From the IMG/VR virus record IMGVR_UViG_3300047272_000153, positions 1 through 41,149 of that record: a DNA stretch of 41,149 bases. One strand, given 5' to 3'. Source of the DNA: a virus (Duplodnaviria; Caudoviricetes). Position 1 is the first letter of the stretch, and each line of letters opens with the position of its first letter. Under the pieces are notes generated by a model. The model was given only the letters and a program-made list of their open reading frames with translations, made no database searches and was not told the origin of the DNA. Positions 27,338-35,712 of this stretch are shown one piece after another. The position numbers and the translations under genes are program-made.

Positions 27338-27353
27338 TTCTAATCTAAGGAGA

Positions 27354-28130
27354 ATGATGGCAGAAGTAGAAGTACCTAGAGATAGGTATGGTAGACCTAT
27401 GATTGTACCACCGAAGGGTAGCAAACCAGTAGCCTATACACGGACAACAACAGTTGCAGGTTCATTAGATGACGGAACTGCACTAGTAGCCTGGAAGTTA
27501 CGCATGGCTGCAACTGGATTAACGCTACGCTCTGACTTATTACTGGCTGCATCAGCAGCAAGAGAAGATAAGTTGGAAATGGATAAGTTAGTTGAAGATG
27601 CAATGGAAGCAGCAGGTGCTACCAAGCAAGCAACAATCGGAACAGCAATCCATGCATTAACTGAGAAGTTAGATAGAGGTCAAGACCTTGGCCCAATACC
27701 AGATGATTATGTTGCAGATATACAAGCATATGCAGAAGCAACTAAGTCTTTTACTAACGTTCACATAGAACAGTTCTGCGTTCTAGATAAGTACAAGATT
27801 GCTGGAACACCAGACCGAATAGTAGAATACAAAGGCGAGAAGTTTATCTCTGACCTCAAGACAGGCAGCATTAGTTACCCAAACAAAATCGCTATGCAGT
27901 TAGCAGTATATGCACACGGCTTGCCGTATGACCCTGCTACGGCAACCCGTGGTTCTTGGGGTGACATCAACACAGAGAAGGGAATCATTGTGCATCTACC
28001 AGCAGGAAGTGGACAATGCACTCTTCATTTTGTAGACTTAGTTCATGGCTGGAAAGGTATTGAACTAGCCATGAAAGTAAGAAAGCACCGAGATAAAAAG
28101 AATATATCAACACCGATACAAGGAGAATAA
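27354..28130 (+). CDS. PD-(D/E)XK exonuclease (RecB/Cas4-like superfamily)
   Basis: GTAIHALTE, IAGTPDRI, ISDLKTG, MQLAVYA motifs. Confidence 0.85.
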   Translation: MMAEVEVPRDRYGRPMIVPPKGSKPVAYTRTTTVAGSLDDGTALVAWKLRMAATGLTLRSDLLLAASAAREDKLEMDKLVEDAMEAAGATKQATIGTAIHALTEKLDRGQDLGPIPDDYVADIQAYAEATKSFTNVHIEQFCVLDKYKIAGTPDRIVEYKGEKFISDLKTGSISYPNKIAMQLAVYAHGLPYDPATATRGSWGDINTEKGIIVHLPAGSGQCTLHFVDLVHGWKGIELAMKVRKHRDKKNISTPIQGE

Positions 28131-28594
28131 TGTCTCACTCAGAAGCACCAATTAGCATCACAGTTAAATCAGCAGCAGGTTCGCTAGTCACAGTTCGTGC
28201 TGCAACAGCAGAAGAACTTGACCAGACAGTTGCATTAACACTGGCATCTCTTGCATCTGCTACAGAAGAACTCGAAAAAGCAGTACGTGGTACTGGTTTT
28301 AGCGCACCTGCAGCAACTCCTATCTCACCAGCAGTTGGCTATGCAGCCAATGCACTTGGCGGAACAGTCATTGCAGAATCATTTGCACCAGCAGCAGCAC
28401 CTGCAGGTGGCGGACAGCGCATGTGTCCTCATGGAACAATGACACGCATCCATGGTTTGACTGGTAAGTTCGGCCCATACAAGGGACACTTCTGCCCAGC
28501 AAAGCAAGGCGACCCAACTAAATGCACAACACAATATGTCAAGGCTAACTCACCAGAGTTTGCAACATTCGTAGCCGACCAGACAAAGGCATAA
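28130..28594 (+). CDS. Hypothetical replication-region protein with a C-terminal Zn-binding domain
   Basis: Ala/Pro linker then CPHG...PYKGHFCP...C; similar in layout to actinophage proteins beside helicase genes. Confidence 0.6.
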   Translation: MSHSEAPISITVKSAAGSLVTVRAATAEELDQTVALTLASLASATEELEKAVRGTGFSAPAATPISPAVGYAANALGGTVIAESFAPAAAPAGGGQRMCPHGTMTRIHGLTGKFGPYKGHFCPAKQGDPTKCTTQYVKANSPEFATFVADQTKA

Positions 28595-29410
28595 ATGAAA
28601 ACACTACGCCGTAGCGTAGGCAAAGCAGAGGTGGGGGGCGAACCATTAGCCCCACCTTTCCAAGCCTTCGCAAGAGAAGGAATCATATTACGGCGTGCAG
28701 AAGTAACTGTAATTGCAGGCACCCCAGGTGCAGGCAAGTCCAGTATCGCATTACATATCGCAGCAAGACTAAAACAACCTACATTATATTTCTCTGCGGA
28801 TACTAATGCACATACAATGGCTATGCGATTACTTGCACTTCGTGCACGCATTCCACAACAACAAGCAGAACAAATGCTAAAGACACAACCAGATACAGCC
28901 GAGTCTATCTTGCGTGAGTATGGAAATATGTATTGGTCATTCGAACCAAGTCCAACTCTTCGTGACTTAGATGAGGAAGTATCTGCGTTCGAAACTATAT
29001 GGGGCAGAAGCCCGACACTTATAGTTGTAGATAACCTCATGGACATTGCTATTGATGGACATGAAGAGTTTGCTGGTATGCGGCAGGTAATGAAAGAACT
29101 CAAGTACCTAGCCCGTGATACAAATGCAGCAGTATTAGTATTGCACCATACGCAGGAGGGTGCTCCTGGCTATCCGTGCCAGCCACGCTCAGCGTTGCAA
29201 GGTAAGGTCGCGCAGATTCCTGCTATGGTGTTAACTGTTGGACAGATGATGCAGGGGCAGGACGCATACTTATGTGTAGCCCCAGTTAAAAATAGATATG
29301 GCAAGGCAGATGCAACTGGTAACACATACATATCGTTATCATTTGAGCCTGGCTCTATGTATCTAGAAGATGTAGTGCGAGATTACAGACAGGTAGAGAT
29401 GACAGTATGA
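28595..29410 (+). CDS. DnaB/RecA-like helicase ATPase
   Basis: Walker A AGTPGAGKS, LYFSAD, LIVVDNL Walker B, VLVLHH, VKNRYG. Confidence 0.85.
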   Translation: MKTLRRSVGKAEVGGEPLAPPFQAFAREGIILRRAEVTVIAGTPGAGKSSIALHIAARLKQPTLYFSADTNAHTMAMRLLALRARIPQQQAEQMLKTQPDTAESILREYGNMYWSFEPSPTLRDLDEEVSAFETIWGRSPTLIVVDNLMDIAIDGHEEFAGMRQVMKELKYLARDTNAAVLVLHHTQEGAPGYPCQPRSALQGKVAQIPAMVLTVGQMMQGQDAYLCVAPVKNRYGKADATGNTYISLSFEPGSMYLEDVVRDYRQVEMTV

Positions 29411-29754
29411 GTAGTGCAGCCAAAGCCAAAGGCTCAGGAGCAGAGCGAGATGTAGTTAAGTACCTCAAGCAATGGTTTCCCTATGTTGATAGGCGATTGG
29501 CTGGTGCTACGTTAGACAAAGGTGACATCTCAGGTATACCTGGAGTTACAATCGAAATAAAGAACCACGCGACAATGAAGTTGTCAGAGTGGACAGAAGA
29601 GTTGATAGTCGAGATGGCTAACGACAAAGCATGGACAGGCGTGGTGTGGCACAAGCGCAAGGGTAGGGGAAGCCCTGGGGATTGGTACTGCACCATGCCT
29701 GCACATGTGTGGGTAGATTTACTAAGGAGAGCACTTGGAGAAGCCAAGCATTGA
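29407..29754 (+). CDS. Holliday junction resolvase (Hjc-like PD-(D/E)XK)
   Basis: KAKGSGAERDV...DKGDI...IEIKN. Confidence 0.75.
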   Translation: MSSAAKAKGSGAERDVVKYLKQWFPYVDRRLAGATLDKGDISGIPGVTIEIKNHATMKLSEWTEELIVEMANDKAWTGVVWHKRKGRGSPGDWYCTMPAHVWVDLLRRALGEAKH

Positions 29755-30112
29755 AGAGTATCTTAACTACATAGGCGCAGCCGTGCCTCCAATGGGCAGC
29801 GGCTGGCGCAAGATGAAGTGTCCGTTTCATCTAGACACACATGCTAGTGCAGCAGTAAACTTTGATAAGAACGCCTTTGTATGCCACGGTTGTGGCGTCA
29901 AGGGCGATACTTATTCCCTAATTATGTATAAGGAAGGCAGCAATTATCGTGAGGCTAAACAATTCGCAGAGACAGTTCTTGCTACAGGCAACACAGAGAT
30001 ACACAGCAGCAATAGAAAGCGCGAAAGATTATCTGTCAAGCCGTCATCTCTCGGTAGAAGAGGCAAGAGTCTTTCACTTGGGGGTGGTCGAAGACCCGCT
30101 TCCAGGGCATGA
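29735..30112 (+). CDS. DNA primase, CHC2 zinc-binding subunit
   Basis: CPFH.D...SA.V.....FVCHGCG.KGD. Confidence 0.85.
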   Translation: MEKPSIEEYLNYIGAAVPPMGSGWRKMKCPFHLDTHASAAVNFDKNAFVCHGCGVKGDTYSLIMYKEGSNYREAKQFAETVLATGNTEIHSSNRKRERLSVKPSSLGRRGKSLSLGGGRRPASRA

Positions 30113-30584
30113 GCCTTACAAAGGTAGACTTGCTATCCCATATATCACGCCATCAGGCGTGGTAGATATTAGATTCCGTGACCTAACAGGTACACATGAC
30201 GCTAAGTATATGGGATTAGTTGGTGCTGAGACTAGCATGTTTAATACTCAGGCAGTCTTTGCTGCTGACAGTTACATATGTGTAACTGAAGGTGAGTTCG
30301 ATTGCATAATGATGAGCGTTAAGACACAGCACCCAACAGTTGGTATTCCAGGAGCAAACAACTGGAAGAAACACTATGCCAAAATACTAGATGACTTTGA
30401 AACAGTCATAGTCCTAGCCGACGGTGATGCCCCAGGCTTGGAGTTTGGCAAGAAGATTAGCCGTGAACTTGGCAACGTTAATATCATCAGTATGCCAGAC
30501 GGTGAAGATGTAAACTCTATGATGATAAAGAAAGGTAGTGAGTGGATTGACGAACGAATCAGAGAATGCATTGCCAATGGATGA
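29949..30584 (+). CDS. DNA primase, TOPRIM subunit
   Basis: GRLAIPY, IRFR, KYM, VTEGEFD, LADGDAPG, GEDVN; GTG start with an upstream AAGGAAGG. Confidence 0.85.
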   Translation: MRLNNSQRQFLLQATQRYTAAIESAKDYLSSRHLSVEEARVFHLGVVEDPLPGHEPYKGRLAIPYITPSGVVDIRFRDLTGTHDAKYMGLVGAETSMFNTQAVFAADSYICVTEGEFDCIMMSVKTQHPTVGIPGANNWKKHYAKILDDFETVIVLADGDAPGLEFGKKISRELGNVNIISMPDGEDVNSMMIKKGSEWIDERIRECIANG

Positions 30585-30855
30585 GACCTTTTGGAATCAT
30601 GTAGAACATTGCGGATTTACAATAGGCATAGAAGTATCAGACAACAAGGTTATGAACATACTTGAAGTACTGCACGATATCTATGACACGATTGAAGAAG
30701 ACCCAGAAGAGGGTCGCAAACTAATTATAATGATGGCTGCAATCCTAGTAGCCTCTAAGGATGGACATGCCGACAAGGTATGGGAAGAACTATCCGTGCA
30801 GGAATCTATGAAAGACTTAGACCACACACTCAAGGAGATATTAGATGAAAAATAG
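30577..30855 (+). CDS. Acidic hypothetical protein
   Basis: Likely start MDETFW overlapping the primase stop. Confidence 0.55.
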   Translation: MDETFWNHVEHCGFTIGIEVSDNKVMNILEVLHDIYDTIEEDPEEGRKLIIMMAAILVASKDGHADKVWEELSVQESMKDLDHTLKEILDEK

Positions 30856-31162
30856 TGCAGACGTAGATGTAATCTTGCATGAGTTAGCAAAAATCCTTTA
30901 CAAAAAGCATGAGGATTATGGCCCAATGAACATAGCAGGAGCACCTGGCGGTGCTATGAATGGGCTACGAGTCCGCATGTATGACAAGTTGGCTAGACTC
31001 AACAACTTAGTAGATACAGGCGACACGCCGAACTATGAATCCGTAGAAGATACACTCATTGACCTTGCAAATTATGCCATAATTGGATTACTTGTTCAGC
31101 GCAATCAGTGGGCTGGCATTCCAAATGGAGACATAAATGAAAAGAGTCGTAGTCCTCAGTGA
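30845..31162 (+). CDS. DUF1599 / nucleotide modification associated domain 1 protein
   Basis: KKHEDYG..NI...RMYDKLARL...ESVEDTLIDLANYAII. Confidence 0.75.
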   Translation: MKNSADVDVILHELAKILYKKHEDYGPMNIAGAPGGAMNGLRVRMYDKLARLNNLVDTGDTPNYESVEDTLIDLANYAIIGLLVQRNQWAGIPNGDINEKSRSPQ

Positions 31163-31874
31163 CCTTCAGATTCCATATCAAGATGACAAAACAGTAGATG
31201 CAACCATAGATTTTATCGCTGATTACAAACCAGATGAACTCTGGTGTGTGGGTGATGAACTAGATGCACCCGAACCTAGCCGTTGGAACCGTGGTATGGC
31301 AGGTGAATATGCAGGTACATTACAACAAGGCATTGACACAACAAAAGAAATCATAAGTGAATATAAGAAAGCATTAGGAAAGAAACCGTTTTATATCCAG
31401 CGGTCTAATCATACAGACCGCATTGATACTTATATCCGTAAGTATGCCCCAGCGTTCAGCAGTCTCAAGTCGCTAGAGATTGAAGAACTACTGGGGTATT
31501 CTTCTTTAGGCGTTACTTACCTACATAAGATGCATGAGTTACTACCTGGCTGGGTAATGGCACACGGAGATGAAGGCAAGTTGTCACAGACTCCAGGCTC
31601 TACCGCATTGTCATTAGCAAAACGATTAGGCAAGTCAGTCGTGTGTGGACACACGCATAGAGTGGGCTTACAACATGAAACAGTTGGCTTCTACGGCAAG
31701 ATGCATACGCTATTCGGTCTAGAAGTCGGACACCTCATGGATATCAAGCAGGCGGATTACCTATCCGCAGGCACAGCCAACTGGCAGCAAGGCATTGGCA
31801 TACTAGTGGAAAACAACAAGAAGGTTGTTCCATATGCAGTCCCAATCATTAATGGTGAGGTACATCTACCATAA
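31137..31874 (+). CDS. Calcineurin-like metallophosphoesterase
   Basis: SDLQ, GDELD, SNH, HGD, GHTHR motifs. Confidence 0.85.
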   Translation: MKRVVVLSDLQIPYQDDKTVDATIDFIADYKPDELWCVGDELDAPEPSRWNRGMAGEYAGTLQQGIDTTKEIISEYKKALGKKPFYIQRSNHTDRIDTYIRKYAPAFSSLKSLEIEELLGYSSLGVTYLHKMHELLPGWVMAHGDEGKLSQTPGSTALSLAKRLGKSVVCGHTHRVGLQHETVGFYGKMHTLFGLEVGHLMDIKQADYLSAGTANWQQGIGILVENNKKVVPYAVPIINGEVHLP

Positions 31875-32512
31875 TGAATTACATCCAAGAATATAATGCA
31901 TTAGTCCAGCAACTAGCATCTGAGTATGCACGCAGATACAACATGCTAGAACTAGATGATATTGCTCAAGAGTTATGGGTTTGGTTTGTTAGCCATCCAC
32001 GTAAATACAAAGAGTGGTCAGAGTTAGAACAAAAAGATAGGGATAAATTAATTGCTAAATCGCTACGCAATGCGGCTCTTAAATACTGCGAGAAGGAGAA
32101 AGCCCGTAAGTCTGGATACGATACATCAGACCTCTACTACTACGACGTATCAGTCGTCGAAGCATTCTTACCTTCAATTATCGCAGGAACATATTCTATC
32201 CCAGTTAGTATTCAAGACCTCAATGCCAAGTTCGGAAGTGGTAGTTTATCGGAAGGCAATAATTGGCTCTCTCTTAGAAGCGATATTATGGGTGCATTTG
32301 AAAAACTATCAGACGCTAAGCAGAACATACTCAGGCTTCGCTTCAGCATAGACTCACCAGACTGGTCACTACTAGCCAAGGATATGGACAGCACACCAGA
32401 TGGAGCACGCATGAAAGTCCAGCGTGCTATCAATTCACTAGTTAAAAATCTAGGTGGCTGGAGACCATACAGCGAACCAGACTCAATCGAAGCAGAGTCT
32501 GAGAATGAATGA
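31874..32512 (+). CDS. RNA polymerase sigma-factor-like protein (ECF-type regions 2 and 4)
   Basis: DDIAQELWVW (region 2); KLSDAKQNILRLRF...LAKDM...ARMKVQRAINSL (region 4 HTH). Confidence 0.7.
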   Translation: MNYIQEYNALVQQLASEYARRYNMLELDDIAQELWVWFVSHPRKYKEWSELEQKDRDKLIAKSLRNAALKYCEKEKARKSGYDTSDLYYYDVSVVEAFLPSIIAGTYSIPVSIQDLNAKFGSGSLSEGNNWLSLRSDIMGAFEKLSDAKQNILRLRFSIDSPDWSLLAKDMDSTPDGARMKVQRAINSLVKNLGGWRPYSEPDSIEAESENE

Positions 32513-32684
32513 CCTAAGAGGTGAACCAACCTTTGCTTGCATCTGTGGTTGCACAATGTTTGAGATAACAGTAATGTGGGACAGAGATACAAGAGCAGTA
32601 GGCTGGTATGACCTTACTCAAAAATGTAAAGAGTGTGGAACTTTAACAACAGCGCCAACAGAGATAGATGGGTGTGAAGATTAA
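32505..32684 (+). CDS. Small Zn-ribbon protein
   Basis: MNDLRGEPTFACICGC...CKECG. Confidence 0.6.
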   Translation: MNDLRGEPTFACICGCTMFEITVMWDRDTRAVGWYDLTQKCKECGTLTTAPTEIDGCED

Positions 32685-32845
32685 TGCCGTTATTTGATTT
32701 CAAATGTAATACATGTGGAGAGATTGCAGAAACAAATGAGAATATACCACCGATTTGTGGAACTTGTAGTGGAACTATGCTTCGTGTATGGTCTGCCCCA
32801 GCGATTAAGTTTAATGCACCAGGCTTCTATTCAACAGGAGGATGA
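32684..32845 (+). CDS. FmdB-family Zn-ribbon protein
   Basis: Not in the ORF track. MPLFDFKCNTCG...CGTCSG.M.RVWSAPAIKFNAPGFYSTGG. Confidence 0.75.
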   Translation: MPLFDFKCNTCGEIAETNENIPPICGTCSGTMLRVWSAPAIKFNAPGFYSTGG

Positions 32846-33115
32846 ATGTATAACTTCACAACCGAAGCAAACTGCATAGGTATAGACGTAGAGATGTTCT
32901 TCGTAGAAGAAGATGCTAAACACTACAAGGAACCAGAGTTACTTAAACGTATATGCAATAACTGCACGGTTAAGAACGAGTGCCTTGACTACGCCCTACA
33001 TCATGCAGTTGTAGGTTGGTGGGGTGGCACATCAGAGAAGCAACGCAGAGCAATACGCGAGAAGCGTGGCATCTCAGCAGAACCTGTACTCATAACAGAG
33101 AAGTGGATACAATAA
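32846..33115 (+). CDS. whiB: WhiB family transcriptional regulator
   Basis: Four Cys (ANC...ICNNC.....C), LDYAL, GWWGG turn, SEKQRR. Confidence 0.9.
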   Translation: MYNFTTEANCIGIDVEMFFVEEDAKHYKEPELLKRICNNCTVKNECLDYALHHAVVGWWGGTSEKQRRAIREKRGISAEPVLITEKWIQ

Positions 33116-33165
33116 AAAAAGACCCCCGCCAGGTAGTTTAAATTACCTGAACGGGGGCTTTTATA
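33114..33165. terminator. Bidirectional intrinsic terminator
   Basis: A7-GACCCCCG-CCAGGTAG...TTACCTG-AA-CGGGGGC-TTTT between convergent genes. Confidence 0.85.
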
Positions 33166-33171
33166 TTTTAT

Positions 33172-33363
33172 TTACTTTGAACCGCGACCAAATTCTTTAG
33201 CCTTTGGGTCTAGTGCTTTCCAAATTGGAGCAATAAACGCTGACGCAAATGCGTAGGCTAGTGTCTTAGGGTCTGTCACACCTGCTGCGTACAATGCAAT
33301 AACTGATGGAACTGCTGCACGTGCATATGTTGTTGCGATAGCAACAAGTTTCTTTGTATCCAT
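33172..33363 (-). CDS. Putative holin
   Basis: 63 aa, two hydrophobic segments, ALDP...FG tail, directly after the endolysin. Confidence 0.6.
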   Translation of the reverse strand: MDTKKLVAIATTYARAAVPSVIALYAAGVTDPKTLAYAFASAFIAPIWKALDPKAKEFGRGSK

Positions 33364-33371
33364 GGTTCTCC

Positions 33372-33882
33372 TTATGATTTGAAGACAGGCTTGCCAAAGC
33401 CTACGATATAAACTGGCAATGACTTCTTTAGTGCTGGGCCATTCTTAGCCTTATACGCACGCTTCTTTAAACATACTTGACCGCCATTGCGTTGGTCACC
33501 CTTCTTATCGGGTGCGGTATTACCTTCAACGCAGATTACAGTTCCGTCTCCGTTGTCTCTAACCACGATTCCAACATGACTAATGCGGTCAACACCATCA
33601 TTGGGAAAATCAAAGAACACAATATCCCCAGGAAGTGGAGTCGCGTGATTTAATTTTTTCCCATTGTCCCTTCTTGATGAAGGCTTGTGCTCCAACAACT
33701 GTGCTAACGCAGTTAGGAATTTTAAGCCCAACTTCGTTTGCACACCACATAACAAACGAACCACACCACGGTAGGAAGTTTGCTTTAGTGAACGCACCAT
33801 ACTTAGTTTCATTATCTTTTGGCCCTTCAATCACACCAATTTCGGTTCGGGCTACCTTTATAAAATCATTACGTTGACCCAT
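33372..33882 (-). pseudogene. CHAP-domain endolysin split by a +1 frameshift at ~33655
   Basis: Catalytic Cys (PWCGSFVMW) is in ORF 33610-33882; PGDIVFF, SHVGIV and VEGN are in ORF 33372-33830; the frames join at an A6 run. Confidence 0.75.
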
Positions 33883-34124
33883 TACTCACTCGCTTTCTTA
33901 TCAACCTTAGCAAAGGCTGCATTAATTTCATCTGCAGATAAAGAACCATCTGCTAGGAAGTAACGAGCAAGTGCTTCTAGTACTCTTGCTGCGCCTAAAG
34001 CGCCAGCAAGTACTGCTGCTTGCCATACTTCAATACCAACTAATGAACCAGCACCGATAACTCCAAGTGCTTCGGCTGCAATGACTGCGAGTATTCGCAT
34101 CATTACATTCTTAAATGTATTCAT
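33882..34124 (-). CDS. Small membrane protein (holin-like)
   Basis: 80 aa, two TM segments, DGSLSADEIN motif. Confidence 0.6.
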   Translation of the reverse strand: MNTFKNVMMRILAVIAAEALGVIGAGSLVGIEVWQAAVLAGALGAARVLEALARYFLADGSLSADEINAAFAKVDKKASE

Positions 34125-34297
34125 TATTCATCATCCTTTAGATTGCGTAGATTAAGTGTGACTGTCCAGATAACTAGACAAATCACGATTGCATAACCAA
34201 CAACTGTTTTGGCTGAGCCTTCAAGTACAACCCAAGCGACGAACATTCCAAGGAGTGTCCATAGTTGATTGGCAATATCTGATAGTAGTTTTTTCAT
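34124..34297 (-). CDS. 57-aa two-TM membrane protein
   Basis: Not in the ORF track. MKKLLSDIANQLWTLLGMFVAWVVLEGSAKTVVGYAIVICLVIW...; TAATG coupling at both ends. Confidence 0.7.
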   Translation of the reverse strand: MKKLLSDIANQLWTLLGMFVAWVVLEGSAKTVVGYAIVICLVIWTVTLNLRNLKDDE

Positions 34298-35712
34298 TAT
34301 GGTTTTCTCCTATATGTGGCGGTTGCAGCAGCGCCTGCTGCTGCCTGTGTTGCTATACCACCTGCAATAATTGCAGATACAACTACATCTTCTGCTTTCT
34401 CACGTACTTCTGGTGGTAGGTCTGCCCCCACACTCCCGAACGCTGCGAGTGCAGCGGCTGGGTCTGTAAATATTTCTTCTAGCAATGCTGCTGGGTCTTG
34501 TAATAAAGCAACCGCTATTGCAACTTCTGCTGTAACTACTACACCGTTATCTAGTTCTACTGGTGTTTCAGGTGCTAGACTTTCTAAATCAACACTATGA
34601 ATACTAGGAGGTTCAGGTGCTACATCAGGCTGAGATGCTGTCTCAGGTTCTAAGATTGGCTCAGGTAAAGGCTCAGGCTCTGGTGCAAGCGGTGCCTCTG
34701 GCTCAGGTTCAGCAGGAGGCAATGGCTGTTCTTCTTCTTCAACAGGTGGAGAAGGTTCTTCGACAGGCTCTGGCTCTACAGGAATTGGTTCTTCTGCAGG
34801 GGGTTCCTCCGCAGGAGCAGGAGGTTCTTCAGCAGGAGGAAGAGGTTCTTCCTCAACTGGTTCAGGAGCAACTGGTGCTGGTTCAGGAGCAGGTTGAGGC
34901 TGTGCAACAGGCTCAGGAGCAGGTTCAGGTTGCACCGCAGGAGGCGTAGAAGGCACTTCTGGGGCTACAACAGGGGCTTCTGGTACGATTGGCTCAACTA
35001 CTACAGTACTTGTATCTAAAATTGTGGAGGTATCAGATGGAGTTATTGATTCTGTTGGGGTTTCTACTGGGCTGGCTGGTGTGCTGGATTCAGATGGCGC
35101 GGTCACACTCTCGGAAGGTGCAACAACTACAGTCTCTGAATCGTTCACTACTTGAGAAGTTTGCGTCTCCTGTGGAGCAGACACAGTTGCGGTATCTGGC
35201 TGAGTTACAGTTGGAGAATCAGAAGTTGAAGTCGGAGAAGAAGAAGGCTCTGGAGTGGGACTTGCAATAGAGACAGTCAATATAGGGCCATACCATCCAC
35301 CCCAAAATCCTATATCTCTACCAGTTGCAACAATAGTAAGTTGACCTGATACCTGTGCAGTTAAAGTTGTAATCTGGATTGTGTTGCCTGAGTAAGATTG
35401 ACCGTTAATTGATACAGTCCACACATCTGGAATAGGATTACAAGTACCAATGCAATTAGCAATCGTATTATTTACTGTAACAGATACAGTTGAACCATCA
35501 GTAACGGTTCCTGTATAAATAGCAGAGCCGCCACGATAATCAAACTGAACTGTATTGCCAGATACTAAACCATTAGTAGCCTGCCAAGCGCCATCGGCGC
35601 TGGCTATAGGACTCCAGAAAAAAGAAGTACCTAAAACTATAAAGAATACTCCGTACTTACTTGCTCTTACCTTCGCAGAGTATGAGGTAAATTTGGTCAA
35701 CACGTTGTTCAA
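34297..35712 (-). CDS. Exported, C-terminally anchored protein with a Pro/Glu/Ser/Thr-rich stalk
   Basis: Signal peptide ending ASA-D, ~110-aa beta domain, long PE/PA linker, hydrophobic C-terminus plus RRKP; exact start uncertain. Confidence 0.65.
   Translation of the reverse strand: MNNVLTKFTSYSAKVRASKYGVFFIVLGTSFFWSPIASADGAWQATNGLVSGNTVQFDYRGGSAIYTGTVTDGSTVSVTVNNTIANCIGTCNPIPDVWTVSINGQSYSGNTIQITTLTAQVSGQLTIVATGRDIGFWGGWYGPILTVSIASPTPEPSSSPTSTSDSPTVTQPDTATVSAPQETQTSQVVNDSETVVVAPSESVTAPSESSTPASPVETPTESITPSDTSTILDTSTVVVEPIVPEAPVVAPEVPSTPPAVQPEPAPEPVAQPQPAPEPAPVAPEPVEEEPLPPAEEPPAPAEEPPAEEPIPVEPEPVEEPSPPVEEEEQPLPPAEPEPEAPLAPEPEPLPEPILEPETASQPDVAPEPPSIHSVDLESLAPETPVELDNGVVVTAEVAIAVALLQDPAALLEEIFTDPAAALAAFGSVGADLPPEVREKAEDVVVSAIIAGGIATQAAAGAAATATYRRKP

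Noticed and set aside
27354-28130. Cas4 as evidence of a CRISPR system
   Set aside because: It is a stand-alone PD-(D/E)XK nuclease lacking the Cas4 Fe-S cysteine set; no array or other cas genes.
22037-32592. Minus-strand ORFs in the early arm (e.g. 28429-29103, 32212-32592)
   Set aside because: Antisense shadows of recognisable plus-strand genes.
32694-32879. 61-aa ORF from the track
   Set aside because: The alternative frame 32684-32845 gives a clear FmdB-type protein with coupled start and stop.
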